A DNA stretch of 64,000 nt from a virus (IMGVR_UViG_3300021963_006915:1-64000), one strand, 5' to 3'; shown: positions 39,528 through 49,853, numbered from the stretch's first letter. The notes: generated from the sequence alone by a model not told the origin. A program made the numbers and translations.

Positions 39528-40195
39528 ACTTTTTCAATTAATACCTGCCATTCCTTAATCAATAGGTTGTATTTACCTTTGTAACACTCCAAGAATGCTT
39601 CGATACCATATCTACATTTACCCCAACCATAATCATCAAATAGGATAAATCCACCTTTCTTTAGCAATTCAAAACTAATTGCGGCTTCATACATAACATA
39701 GTCTGGTTCATGACATCCATCAAGATAGATGAAGTCAAATGCGTTTTTAGGATCGTTACCAACAAACTTAGATCCCAAAGTGCCACCATACAACTTACGG
39801 AAAAACTCTTTGGAGTCAGTGACATAAAACTCACATTTGTTTTTATCAATATATGGTTGTAGATTTTGGGTCAATGTCAGTGAAAGAGAATCGCCAAAGT
39901 CAAATGATAGATCACCCTTCTTATAACTACGTTCATCTTGAATATCTACCGTAATGATCTTGGAACTTGGGTGGGTTAAAACATTTTCCAACATCCACAC
40001 TGAAGATCTACCATGCCCAGTACCAATTTCTAAGAATGTTAAATTCTCTTGATCAAGAAATCTGGTGAAGTAGGAACTCCAAACAGGAATGTTTAGGGTA
40101 AAATCATCCTTTGGGCTAAAGAAATGATCTGGATACGTGTAGTAATCGTGTTTTGTAAAGTCTCCGTATTTGGCTCTTAGTTCTTTGTTTGTCAT
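39524..40195 (-). CDS. SAM methyltransferase (Methyltransf_24-like)
   Basis: 'LEIGTGHGRS', 'DFIYLDGCH', 'FDDYGW'. Confidence 0.85.
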   Translation of the reverse strand: MTNKELRAKYGDFTKHDYYTYPDHFFSPKDDFTLNIPVWSSYFTRFLDQENLTFLEIGTGHGRSSVWMLENVLTHPSSKIITVDIQDERSYKKGDLSFDFGDSLSLTLTQNLQPYIDKNKCEFYVTDSKEFFRKLYGGTLGSKFVGNDPKNAFDFIYLDGCHEPDYVMYEAAISFELLKKGGFILFDDYGWGKCRYGIEAFLECYKGKYNLLIKEWQVLIEKV

Positions 40196-40196
40196 A

Positions 40197-40844
40197 TTAT
40201 TTTACGTTATAACCTCGGTTTTCTTCGTCTGTAAACATTTTGTTATAGTTCAAGTTGGTTTGTCTTTGTTTCTCAATAGTTTTCTCATGAACAATTGCAT
40301 AATCTTTTTGAGGAGGAACAAATGTATAAGTTTTAAATCCTTCAACCTTTTCATGTAAACGACGTTGATATCGAATATGTGAAAGATTTCTATAGATGCG
40401 GGATTGGTAATCTGGGAAATTAATCATACCATCATGATAATTCCATCCCCAAGTCTTTACATCCAACTCAGTAACTCCAGCAAAGTAATTTAGTCTTGGT
40501 AACCAAAGTACTTCGTTGTTGTTATTGGATTCCAATACCGCATCTATATTTTCTAAAAGGAGGTCTGTTGGATATTCGTCTCCATCAAGCTGGAATATCC
40601 AATTACCTTTGCATTGTTCAATACCATAGTTTTTGTGTGATCCGTAATTACGATCTAGTCTGTGTTGATGGAACGACGTTTGTTCTTTATATTTTTGTAT
40701 AATGTCCAGAGTTTCTGGATTATCTGAATAATCATCAAGAAGAACAATCTCATGGTTATCCTTTCTGTTTTGTACCAACTTGGACAATAATTTATCCAAG
40801 CTAGAAGTTTCATTATGACAGGTGACTAGATATGACAAAAACAT
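40197..40844 (-). CDS. Glycosyltransferase family 2
   Basis: 'VTCHNE', 'KNYG', 'QLDGDE', 'PDYQ.R', 'LHEKV'. Confidence 0.85.
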   Translation of the reverse strand: MFLSYLVTCHNETSSLDKLLSKLVQNRKDNHEIVLLDDYSDNPETLDIIQKYKEQTSFHQHRLDRNYGSHKNYGIEQCKGNWIFQLDGDEYPTDLLLENIDAVLESNNNNEVLWLPRLNYFAGVTELDVKTWGWNYHDGMINFPDYQSRIYRNLSHIRYQRRLHEKVEGFKTYTFVPPQKDYAIVHEKTIEKQRQTNLNYNKMFTDEENRGYNVK

Positions 40845-40845
40845 A

Positions 40846-42189
40846 TTATTGCATCTTTAGTTTTGGTAATACTAATTTATCAGTAGCACTTGCAACTGAA
40901 CTACCTACTGATTTTAATTTGGGTAGAACAAACTTATTCTCAGTGGCAAATTCTGGAACATATTTGTCCATAATAGACCACAACTTTGTATCCATTGCCT
41001 GTAAACTAAACTTTTCAGCATTTTCAGCACGTAGATATTCAGCCTTTTGAATAACTTTATCATTATTTCTATTCTGATAGATATACTTCAACTTATCTTC
41101 AGCTAGTGAATAAGATACTCTAAACCACTTGCTTTCTTTAATAATCCATTCGTTGACTGATTTTTTATCAACATCAACCAAAGTACCAGGTAATAGATTT
41201 GCATTTGATGGATTCAAATAGTCCAAATGACCACTCCAGTTTGGAGCAAGAAGTGGCTTGCCACTCAATGTTGATAACAACATAGGATGACCAAAACCTT
41301 CACCATGGGTAAATGATATGTGACTGATTACTTTTGGATGATTGAACAAACTATTCATTTCAACATCGTTCAATTCACCATGTAGTAGATATACACTTGG
41401 AGAATTTGGACTTACTTCATTACGAATCTTGTTGATTCTTTCGAGTGTGTCAAATCGATCAACGGTTGAATAACCAGCTCCATTTGTTTTCAAAATCAAA
41501 CAAGGTCTATTGTTTGGTTCAAAGTTTTTGAAAGCGTTGCAGAATGTTTTGATAAGGTTTCCAATATCCTTACGATCATTGTATAAACCTTGGTGTGTCC
41601 ATTGACCAACAAACAAAAATGCATGTTTTTCTGAAATCTTGGACAACGCACTATCAACGTTTGGTTCGATGATGTCGGTTTTCTTGTAGATATCTGTATT
41701 GGCTCCCCAGAAACATACTTCAATAGGTTTGTTTACTTCGATGGACTCTTCTCTACCATTTTCAAGCTTCTTTTTGTATTTGGTATCTTGGAAGGTCTTC
41801 TTTACATGATTTGACAAACCAATGGTTAGATCCATACGATTTACACCCTCAATCCATTCACCGGCACAGGCGGTTGTTTCAATACCTGCGGTCATACCAA
41901 TATTATACTTACCAACCTTTTGAAACTCATTTGGAATGGTAACTTGAATAAATAACTCTGGTTGTTTATCCAATCCCTTTTGTAGGAACTTAGAGAATAG
42001 TAATTGATCGTTTGGATCATTTAGTTCTTCTACGAATCTCTTGGTTTGACAATTGCCCCAACGTGTTGGAAGAATCTTTACGTCATACTTATCTTGACGA
42101 ATTAGACTCTTGGCAATTGTGGTAGCCCAATCTCCATAACCACTACGATTAAAGACTGGTCCTTGAATTACGCATACTGGCTTGCTCAT
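40846..42189 (-). CDS. Glycosyltransferase family 4 (GT-B)
   Basis: 'SGYG', 'RKDI', 'HGEGFGHPML', 'WSGHLD'. Confidence 0.85.
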   Translation of the reverse strand: MSKPVCVIQGPVFNRSGYGDWATTIAKSLIRQDKYDVKILPTRWGNCQTKRFVEELNDPNDQLLFSKFLQKGLDKQPELFIQVTIPNEFQKVGKYNIGMTAGIETTACAGEWIEGVNRMDLTIGLSNHVKKTFQDTKYKKKLENGREESIEVNKPIEVCFWGANTDIYKKTDIIEPNVDSALSKISEKHAFLFVGQWTHQGLYNDRKDIGNLIKTFCNAFKNFEPNNRPCLILKTNGAGYSTVDRFDTLERINKIRNEVSPNSPSVYLLHGELNDVEMNSLFNHPKVISHISFTHGEGFGHPMLLSTLSGKPLLAPNWSGHLDYLNPSNANLLPGTLVDVDKKSVNEWIIKESKWFRVSYSLAEDKLKYIYQNRNNDKVIQKAEYLRAENAEKFSLQAMDTKLWSIMDKYVPEFATENKFVLPKLKSVGSSVASATDKLVLPKLKMQ

Positions 42190-42190
42190 A

Positions 42191-42871
42191 TTATTGTAAG
42201 TTCCTTTCTTTCATTAACTCTGTATATTTTTTAGATGGAGTAGGTACGCCACCAACCTTATTGTATAATGCTTCCATTGTAGTCATATGTTTACTAGCAT
42301 CTTCGGCACTTGGAGCTTTTTTGGTATCTGTACTTCCAAAACCACCTTCACCTCGACTGGTAGTATCCAATTCATTTACCAAAACAAACTGTATATTTTC
42401 TACTCTGGTTGCTTTGAGTTGGCAAACTTTATCACCTTTTTTATAGATTTTGTTGCTATTAACGATGCCTTCTAAAAGACTATCTTTGGTGATTCTATAA
42501 TCTTCTGGTTGCCAGATATACTTGAAACGTAGCAATACTTCTCCACGATAATCTGCGTCGATTAATCCAATACAATTAGCTAATACTAAATTGTACTTGC
42601 TAACACTACTACGTGGAAATGCTAATACATCATGATCAATATCTGTATAACCAAAGTTACTAAACTCACGTTCTTTTTGAACGGCTAGTTTAAGGTTAGT
42701 CTTATATTGAATATAATCTACTCTGGTATATGTGATATTATCTTTTGTTTCACCAACAATCTCGGGTTCACTTGTAGCAACTATATCATAACCAGTAGCA
42801 CGATCTGTACCCTTCTTTGGTAGATCTTCTACGTCTTGATAGATTTCGTTTTTAAGTACTTGAATTTTCAT
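42191..42871 (-). CDS. dut: dUTPase (trimeric)
   Basis: 'GYDI', 'PRSS', 'GLIDADYRGE', 'CQL', 'RGEGGFGST'. Confidence 0.92.
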   Translation of the reverse strand: MKIQVLKNEIYQDVEDLPKKGTDRATGYDIVATSEPEIVGETKDNITYTRVDYIQYKTNLKLAVQKEREFSNFGYTDIDHDVLAFPRSSVSKYNLVLANCIGLIDADYRGEVLLRFKYIWQPEDYRITKDSLLEGIVNSNKIYKKGDKVCQLKATRVENIQFVLVNELDTTSRGEGGFGSTDTKKAPSAEDASKHMTTMEALYNKVGGVPTPSKKYTELMKERNLQ

Positions 42872-43839
42872 AGACTGGACACCTCTTTTTTGATTTTATC
42901 AACGTCAATTTTGTGTAAATCAAATCCTAAAGCATTGTCTGGCAATGACTTAGTATTGTATCCGTCGAATGTAAACAAGTCAAACTTATTAACAGGCTTA
43001 AAGTTATTTAATGTAAAGTCCATGGCTTTGATAAACTGATCGCACATATTCTTTGAATTAATACCACCTTCATTCATTGCCCAACGACGACCTTCTTTAC
43101 CACACTCTTCACGCTTTTGAGAGCCAGCCAAATACCAATACATAATAGCATCTGCAATATCACTATAATTGGTCATGTCATCCAAGATGTATGGTGTAGG
43201 AGGACTACCTTGCACATTATGCACCTTGGTCCAGACTGGCTTAGCCCACTTGCCATGGTTCTTATATCGTCCAGTACAATTTGTACCAAAGTCACGATTG
43301 AATTCAATTGGATTACCATTATCATCTGTAATACCCAATTGATCTTGTAGACCACCGGTGACGGCAGCAATAACTGGAGTTTCACACATCAATGATTCTG
43401 CGATACTAAGACCAAATCCTTCATTGGAACTTACATTTGCTATAACATCACAGATGTTATAGAAAGCAACCATTTCTTCGGGAGTCTTTCGACTATCATC
43501 AAAAATAACATTGCATTCTGGAGCAATTGCTTTTGTAGTAGCTGGTAGGTCAGTACCAGCTTCACAAACTTCATCTGTATGAAGTAATAATGCACATTTA
43601 GCAGCTTCTTCTTTGGTTAATGTAGAACAAAATGCTTTAAATGCTAGAATTAGATTGGCAGGATGTTTGCGGTGAGCATTTCTGCTGTTGAATCCAACTA
43701 CGAAGTTATATTCCTTATCTTTGAAATATTCTTTCTTCAACTTAACAATAGATTGATGTTTGCTATCAAGTGCTTTGAATTCGTCACTATTGATACCATG
43801 TGGTACTAGATGTAATAAATGTTTTCCTTTTACTGGCAT
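42868..43839 (-). CDS. GT4 glycosyltransferase, C-terminal part of a split gene
   Basis: 'VPHGIN', 'RK', 'NEGFGLSIAES', 'GGLQDQ'; in frame with 43843-44385. Confidence 0.8.
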   Translation of the reverse strand: MPVKGKHLLHLVPHGINSDEFKALDSKHQSIVKLKKEYFKDKEYNFVVGFNSRNAHRKHPANLILAFKAFCSTLTKEEAAKCALLLHTDEVCEAGTDLPATTKAIAPECNVIFDDSRKTPEEMVAFYNICDVIANVSSNEGFGLSIAESLMCETPVIAAVTGGLQDQLGITDDNGNPIEFNRDFGTNCTGRYKNHGKWAKPVWTKVHNVQGSPPTPYILDDMTNYSDIADAIMYWYLAGSQKREECGKEGRRWAMNEGGINSKNMCDQFIKAMDFTLNNFKPVNKFDLFTFDGYNTKSLPDNALGFDLHKIDVDKIKKEVSSL

Positions 43840-43842
43840 AAA

Positions 43843-44385
43843 TTATCCTTTAATAATGTTTCCGTTGTTGTCAAAATCACCATAGATACTGGTACAATTT
43901 TCTGGTCCTAGTACCCATTTGTTGATATTATCAGTTTGTCTACTAATTGCAAACAATGCATCACAACACTTGTAGAATGGTTTGTTCCACATTGGGTATG
44001 GTAGATCGTCCCAAATGTCTAGATATGTTAGTGGAATCTTGGCACGAATTTGATGTTCAATGTTATACAACCAACCCCAGAAACGTGGGTCTGTGAAGTG
44101 CATAATTGCATCTGGCTTTTCATGAGCAATTAGTTGAAACAACAATTCTTCGTTACCATAACCATCGGCTGGATATAGTCTTAGATAATTGTCATTACGA
44201 CCATTTAGTTTATCGCATGCTTCTTTCATGTCAATAACCTTACCTTGTTCTGGGTGTTTGATTGCTCCTGCGATTTGAACCCAATCGTAGTGGTGAAGTG
44301 TACCTAAAACTAATTCTCTGCTCATGGTGGCTACACCACTATGCATTCTTAGATCGTCACTCAATAATAGTATCTTTTTTTTCAT
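43843..44385 (-). CDS. GT4 glycosyltransferase, N-terminal part of a split gene
   Basis: 'KILLLSDD...SGVA', 'KPDAI', 'IWDD'. Confidence 0.8.
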   Translation of the reverse strand: MKKKILLLSDDLRMHSGVATMSRELVLGTLHHYDWVQIAGAIKHPEQGKVIDMKEACDKLNGRNDNYLRLYPADGYGNEELLFQLIAHEKPDAIMHFTDPRFWGWLYNIEHQIRAKIPLTYLDIWDDLPYPMWNKPFYKCCDALFAISRQTDNINKWVLGPENCTSIYGDFDNNGNIIKG

Positions 44386-44603
44386 TATTTATCCTTGGAG
44401 TTTGAAAGTTGAAATGGCTTATTGAAGCTTAGCTTTTGCACAACACTTTCACTGATTGCGTTTCTAAAGTTAGCATCGTCAATGTATCGTTCAAGACATT
44501 TATTTACAAAGTCTTGAAAAGATATTTTGCTTCTGACGTTGATTTCTTTGAATTGTGAGTACAACTCATTGTCTAGTTTTACTGTTGTAACAAATTGATC
44601 CAT
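44385..44603 (-). CDS. Ribbon-helix-helix DNA-binding protein
   Basis: Beta strand 'TTVKL', helix 'DNELYSQFK', helix 'SFQDFVNKCLERY'. Confidence 0.7.
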   Translation of the reverse strand: MDQFVTTVKLDNELYSQFKEINVRSKISFQDFVNKCLERYIDDANFRNAISESVVQKLSFNKPFQLSNSKDK

Positions 44604-44614
44604 AACATATTTAC

Positions 44615-44634
44615 ATATATACATATGTATATAT
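44615..44634. promoter_or_regulatory. Perfect 20-bp palindrome, candidate operator
   Basis: ATATATACAT-ATGTATATAT, 11 nt upstream of the RHH start. Confidence 0.55.
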
Positions 44635-44651
44635 TCACAAATGTGCTATTT

Positions 44652-45530
44652 TTATTTGCTAGCTTTGCCATCACATAGTTTTTTGTAATGGGTGCAGTAC
44701 TTACAATTCTTTTTTCCGTTACCTGGAATCTTAATGTATTGATTTTCTAAGTTATATGTACCATCTTCTTTGAAACCGTGATTTAAGAATTCAATGAAGT
44801 TATTGATAGATTCTTTGATAGAAGTGGGACCGGATGGTGGTCTGAATATTTGAATTCTGCTTTGTGGAAAGCTAACGTTTTCATAAAGTTTGCGTTTAAC
44901 GATGAAGAATTCAACCTCAATGCTATTTAGAGGTACATTGAATTTTTTACTATAAACGCTTTTGTATAAATGAAGCTGAGCGATTTTGCTTTCATCTTCC
45001 TTCATGTAACTATTCCAACCACTACTACTTGTTTTGAAGTCAATAATTTTGAAATACTCTCGGTTCTTTTCTTTGAGGATAATATCTACGAATCCAACGA
45101 AGTTTACATTATTTTTGATTGGAATCTCCAGTGGAATTTCAATACCTACTAGGTCATAATCTTTGGTGGGAAAGTGTTTTAATCTATTTGCAGACTTACA
45201 AAAGGTATCAATGATATCATGACCATCAAATATGAATTCAGTCACATCATCTTCTTTTAGATCTTTTACCTTTTTAATTTCCTCATTGAATTTATCCAAG
45301 AACAATTTCTTGACATCCAATGCATCTGCAATACCTACACCTTCATTGTATAGGGAAGTCAAATATGTTTGAAAAGCATGATGAATTGCGGTACCAAAGG
45401 TGGTGTGGATGCTATCGTCCTTGATACGCAAGTTCTTCGCATAGTCAAGATACCATTTATGTGGACATTTCAAGTAAGTTGAATACTGACTGAAACTGAC
45501 CCGATTCTTTTTTATTTCTTGTACTTCCAT
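44652..45530 (-). CDS. PD-(D/E)xK exonuclease (RecB/Cas4-like)
   Basis: 'SFSQ...CP', 'GTAIH', 'GFVDII', 'IDFKT', 'QLHLY', C-terminal 'CKYC....C'. Confidence 0.85.
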   Translation of the reverse strand: MEVQEIKKNRVSFSQYSTYLKCPHKWYLDYAKNLRIKDDSIHTTFGTAIHHAFQTYLTSLYNEGVGIADALDVKKLFLDKFNEEIKKVKDLKEDDVTEFIFDGHDIIDTFCKSANRLKHFPTKDYDLVGIEIPLEIPIKNNVNFVGFVDIILKEKNREYFKIIDFKTSSSGWNSYMKEDESKIAQLHLYKSVYSKKFNVPLNSIEVEFFIVKRKLYENVSFPQSRIQIFRPPSGPTSIKESINNFIEFLNHGFKEDGTYNLENQYIKIPGNGKKNCKYCTHYKKLCDGKASK

Positions 45531-45537
45531 AGATTCT

Positions 45538-45565
45538 ATAGTATACCATAAGTAACATTCGTCAA
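45538..45565 (-). promoter_or_regulatory. Sigma70-like promoter for the long minus-strand operon
   Basis: Minus strand TTGACG, 16 nt, TACTAT, then 7 nt to the ATG. Confidence 0.6.
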
Positions 45566-45589
45566 TTTATAACAACTATTTATTAACAT

Positions 45590-46330
45590 ATGAAAAAAGT
45601 ATTATTAATTTTATTAAGTTCACTTTCACTTCTTGCAAATAACGTTATGTTATATGATTTTAGTGGTAATGTGGGTGTATCAGAAGTTGTTGACAATAAG
45701 TTAAATGATAAGGTTGCTGTAACAGGTATAACATTTTCATTGACCAATGGTTTGAGTATAAAGACCGAAACAAATGGTGTGGTGAGTTACATGGTACCAC
45801 ATCGTATTGCTTTTACACAATCAGAAGGCAGTGCTGTTTATTTTAATGGTGACGTTATTACATATGCTAATGATTCTAGTGTACCACATGTAGTTAAAGT
45901 AAAAGATTCATCATTTAGCTTTTCTTTATTGGGTCAATTGTATGTGGTATCTGAATCAGACAAATCAAGTACTATTGGTACAGGTGTAGGAAATATTGCA
46001 TATGATAAGGCTAAACTATTCATTAAGGCTGGTGAAAAGTATACCCATGTATATGTTGTGGAGGGCAAGGCTATCGTTTATGATAACAAGTCTAAAAAGA
46101 AGAAGGATTTGAAAGAGGGAGATTATTTGGTTATTACTCCACACGTAGCATTAAGTCCAAGAGAAAGTACAATTAGTACATCTGGTAATTCATTCAGTGT
46201 TAAGGAAGTGGAAGATGAAGAAAAACAAGTACACATCAAAGAGATTGAAAACCTTCAACGTAAATTAAAAGATACAATCTTTATTAATTATGGATCAAAT
46301 ATTTTTGGTGTTAAGTTAGGGTTGCCATAA
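45590..46330 (+). CDS. Secreted FecR-like domain protein
   Basis: Signal peptide; beta-rich body with 'THVYVVEGKA....LKEG'; TATTTATT 5 nt before the ATG. Confidence 0.55.
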   Translation: MKKVLLILLSSLSLLANNVMLYDFSGNVGVSEVVDNKLNDKVAVTGITFSLTNGLSIKTETNGVVSYMVPHRIAFTQSEGSAVYFNGDVITYANDSSVPHVVKVKDSSFSFSLLGQLYVVSESDKSSTIGTGVGNIAYDKAKLFIKAGEKYTHVYVVEGKAIVYDNKSKKKKDLKEGDYLVITPHVALSPRESTISTSGNSFSVKEVEDEEKQVHIKEIENLQRKLKDTIFINYGSNIFGVKLGLP

Positions 46331-46927
46331 ACCAATACCACCATAGTGTTCTCTTTCAGAACCCATGTAGTAATGTGCATTAGATCGTTGACAAATTATC
46401 TCAGTTTTACTTCCATAGTTTAATTCTTTCCAGAATTGATCTACTTGTACATTGGCGGCTTGTTTAAATACGTGATTTGGATCTATATCATGGAATCCAA
46501 TATAACCTCTGGGACTTAATAAACTTTTATATAGTTCAAAATCACGTTTTACACCATCATAGGTATGATCTCCATCTATGAATATAAAATCATATGAATC
46601 ACATGTATTTTTAACTTTTTGATATGTTTCTTCTAAATGTGAATTGGCTTTAATAAAAACAAAATCTTCGTTATACATGTAAAGATGTATATTGAATTGA
46701 TATTGATCGTCAATATCTACACCCACCTTTTTTCCTGTGGAGAATTTGTTGAACATATAGAATGTTCCGCCTTTACATCCTATTTCAAGTATATTGTGTG
46801 GTTTGAATGAATGTAAGAAATATGATAACATTGTAAATTCTTCTTTTACCTGTTGAATATAATTTCTGTTGATTATTACAGGAGATAGACAATGCTCTAC
46901 AACATTTTTAACTTCGTCATTTTTCAT
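46316..46927 (-). CDS. SAM methyltransferase (Methyltransf_24-like)
   Basis: 'LEIGCKGG', 'DFIFIDGDHTY', 'GFHDI'. Confidence 0.85.
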   Translation of the reverse strand: MKNDEVKNVVEHCLSPVIINRNYIQQVKEEFTMLSYFLHSFKPHNILEIGCKGGTFYMFNKFSTGKKVGVDIDDQYQFNIHLYMYNEDFVFIKANSHLEETYQKVKNTCDSYDFIFIDGDHTYDGVKRDFELYKSLLSPRGYIGFHDIDPNHVFKQAANVQVDQFWKELNYGSKTEIICQRSNAHYYMGSEREHYGGIGLWQP

Positions 46928-46955
46928 AAAACTCTTTGTCATATATATAGAGGTT

Positions 46956-47186
46956 ATGACGATAGACCAATTAAAATCTTTGACTGAAGATGAATTATCA
47001 ATGTTGTGGTTTTGTATAAATAAAGTAAATCCCCCAATATTAAAAGAAATAGAATTAGAACCTGTATTATTCACATCAATTAACCACAAAAAGTTGATGA
47101 ATCGGTTGAATCAATGTAAAGTTCACGTTAAAGCCGAACATCAGCAAGTTTATGATGGACTTGTGAGCAAGTTGACTGTAAGATAA
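46956..47186 (+). CDS. Hypothetical protein
   Basis: GAGG precedes ATG 46956; lies immediately before polB. Confidence 0.55.
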   Translation: MTIDQLKSLTEDELSMLWFCINKVNPPILKEIELEPVLFTSINHKKLMNRLNQCKVHVKAEHQQVYDGLVSKLTVR

Positions 47187-47192
47187 CTGGGT

Positions 47193-49853
47193 ATGTATCA
47201 GAATATCTTTTTCGATAAAAAAACAAATACCTGTCATCTTTGGGATGATAAACAGGGTTATACTAACTTTGTGTTTAGACCTTATGCTTATAGAAAGCGT
47301 AAGGGTGGTAAGTATAAGAGTATTTTTGGAGATGAATTGGAGAAGGTTTATTCCTTTAATCCAAGAGATCCATCTTTATTTGAATCGGATGTTCCCATCG
47401 AAACTCGTATACTTATAGATGCATATGAAGACACCGATGATCTCTCTGTTGGGCACCGAGTTTTGTACCTTGATATCGAAACTAGCTCGGAAGGTGGCTT
47501 TCCGAATGTCGAAACGGCTGATAAAGAAATCACAGCAATCGCCATATACGATAGTGCCATTGAAAGATACACAGCATTTATTTTAGATCGGGACAATAAA
47601 CTTCAAGATTTCTCTCAAGACAACGTTGATGTTCGTAGTTTTACAGACGAAGAAAGTCTGTTGTCTCATTTTGTTACCAAGTGGGAAGAAATCCAACCAA
47701 CTATTGTAACTGGTTGGAATAGTGATCAATTCGATATGCCTTATTTGTATCGTCGAATGAAGAACATAATTGGTCAATCACAAGCCAAACGTATGAGTCC
47801 TATTGGTGTGACTTATATCAATGATTGGAGTAAAAAACTCGTAATCGCTGGTGTAACTCATATTGATTATATGGATCTTTACAAGAAGCTAAACATCAAA
47901 CAAGAGGCTAGTTATGCTCTAGGAGCTATTGGTAAGAAAGTTGTTGGTATGGAGAAGATTGCCTATCGTGGTAGTCTTGATGATTTGTATAAACAAGATA
48001 TTAACAAGTATCTTGAATATAACTTGAACGACGTTAAAATTATTGTAGCGTTAGAAAAGAAGAAACAATTTATTGAACTAGCTAGAGCTATTTGTCACAA
48101 AGGACATGTACCATATGATTGTTACCCAAAGAGTTCACGATTCATTGAGGGTGCTATTCTTATGTATCTACGCCGTAAGGGGCAAGTAGCTAAAAACAAA
48201 CCCATAGATGGTAATGAAGAATATGAAAGTCAAAAAGAAGACGGAGAAGAGGGATTTGAAGGTGCATATGTTAAATCTCCTATTCCTGGCCGTTATGATT
48301 GGGTGTTTGATTTGGATCTTACATCAATGTATCCGAATATCATCATCTCACTTAACATCAGTCCAGAGACTAAAGTAGCTGTTATTGATAAGATTGATTT
48401 TGATGAATCTTTTCTAAAAGAAAGACGAGATGAATTGGTTGAAGATTATAATAATCTGAGTGATAGTACTCAGAAACAAACACCGTTGGATAGTTATATT
48501 GAACAACGATTGAATCAATATAATGCGAAGATGTTTACACAAAATCGTATCTCCAATTATCACATTGGTGGTAGTGTGTATAGTAATGATGAATTCAAAA
48601 AGTTGGTTAATGAGTCTAGACTAAGTATTGCTAGTAATGGTGTATTATATCACAAAGATGTTGATGGAGTTATTCCAGAGATTCTAGTGAAGTGGTTCGA
48701 TGAACGTAAAGAAATGCGTAAATTGGCTAAGAAACATGCGGATGTAAAAGAATGGGAAATGTATGAGTTTTATGAACAACGTCAAAAAGTACAAAAGGTT
48801 CTACTTAATTCAATCTATGGTGTATTGGGGTTACCGATCTTTAGATTTTATGATAAGGATAACGCGAGTGCTGTTACCATAACTGGTCAAGATATTATCA
48901 AAACAGCCAATAAAGCAATCAATCAGTACTATAAACGTGTACTAAATGAAAGTGAAAATAATGATCATGTTATTTATGTTGATACCGACTCTTGTTTTGC
49001 TAGCGCTTTACCTATCATTCAAAAGACGATGCCAGAGATTAATATCAATGATGAAAAAGCAATGACTGATGCTATTCTAAAGGTTTGTGGTGAGGCTCAG
49101 TCTCATGTTAACAAAACCTTTGATATTATGGCAGACAGAATGTTTAACATTCAGAAACATCGTTTTGATGCAAAACAAGAAGTTATTGCCAAGACTGGTT
49201 TTTGGTTGGCTAAGAAACGTTATGCTCAGTTTATCATCAACAAGGGTGGTATCGTGTGTGATGAAATGGAAGTAAAAGGTATTGACGTAGTTCGTACATC
49301 ATTTCCAATTCAGTTTCGTAAGTTCATGGAAAAATTCTTGGATGATATTCTTCGTAAAACTTCCAAGGAAATCATTGATGAAAATATTCTAAAGTTCTTG
49401 GATGATAATTTGAAGAATTCTCCAGTCATTGAAATTGCTAAGAATACTAGCGTTAAGTTCAAGAGTGGTGGTGAATCAAAGACTGATTATAATCCAAAGA
49501 CTCGTAATAAGTTCAAGTATATCAAAGGTACAACAGCTCAGGCAAAAGCCGCTTTGTTTTACAATGATCTATTAAAGCATTGGGAACTTGACAAGGTTGT
49601 TCCTCCAATTTTTCATGGACAAAAGATTAAATGGGTATATATTAAACAAAATGAGTTTGGATGTGAATGTATTGCTATGAAGGCAGATGGTACTGATCCA
49701 GATAAGATCATGGACTTCATTAATGTGTATGTAGATAGAAATGCTATGTACGAACAAGAACTCAAGGGTAAACTATTGGACTTTTACAATATTTTGAACT
49801 GGTCATATCCAAGTCAGTCAGATGTTACCTTAAACGAGTTTTTTAGCTTTTAA
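47193..49853 (+). CDS. Family B DNA polymerase (T4 gp43-like)
   Basis: Exo motifs 'LDIET', 'GWNS..FD', 'YNLND'; pol motifs 'DLTSMYP', 'KVLLNSIYG', 'YVDTDS', 'KKRY', 'KGID'. Confidence 0.95.
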   Translation: MYQNIFFDKKTNTCHLWDDKQGYTNFVFRPYAYRKRKGGKYKSIFGDELEKVYSFNPRDPSLFESDVPIETRILIDAYEDTDDLSVGHRVLYLDIETSSEGGFPNVETADKEITAIAIYDSAIERYTAFILDRDNKLQDFSQDNVDVRSFTDEESLLSHFVTKWEEIQPTIVTGWNSDQFDMPYLYRRMKNIIGQSQAKRMSPIGVTYINDWSKKLVIAGVTHIDYMDLYKKLNIKQEASYALGAIGKKVVGMEKIAYRGSLDDLYKQDINKYLEYNLNDVKIIVALEKKKQFIELARAICHKGHVPYDCYPKSSRFIEGAILMYLRRKGQVAKNKPIDGNEEYESQKEDGEEGFEGAYVKSPIPGRYDWVFDLDLTSMYPNIIISLNISPETKVAVIDKIDFDESFLKERRDELVEDYNNLSDSTQKQTPLDSYIEQRLNQYNAKMFTQNRISNYHIGGSVYSNDEFKKLVNESRLSIASNGVLYHKDVDGVIPEILVKWFDERKEMRKLAKKHADVKEWEMYEFYEQRQKVQKVLLNSIYGVLGLPIFRFYDKDNASAVTITGQDIIKTANKAINQYYKRVLNESENNDHVIYVDTDSCFASALPIIQKTMPEININDEKAMTDAILKVCGEAQSHVNKTFDIMADRMFNIQKHRFDAKQEVIAKTGFWLAKKRYAQFIINKGGIVCDEMEVKGIDVVRTSFPIQFRKFMEKFLDDILRKTSKEIIDENILKFLDDNLKNSPVIEIAKNTSVKFKSGGESKTDYNPKTRNKFKYIKGTTAQAKAALFYNDLLKHWELDKVVPPIFHGQKIKWVYIKQNEFGCECIAMKADGTDPDKIMDFINVYVDRNAMYEQELKGKLLDFYNILNWSYPSQSDVTLNEFFSF

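Noticed and set aside
44652-45530. CRISPR-Cas system based on the Cas4-like gene
   Set aside because: No array or other cas genes; solo Cas4/RecB-like nucleases are common in phages.
48380-48620. Intein in polB after motif A
   Set aside because: The extra segment is short and has no Cys/Ser start or His-Asn end; it is more likely a variable insertion.
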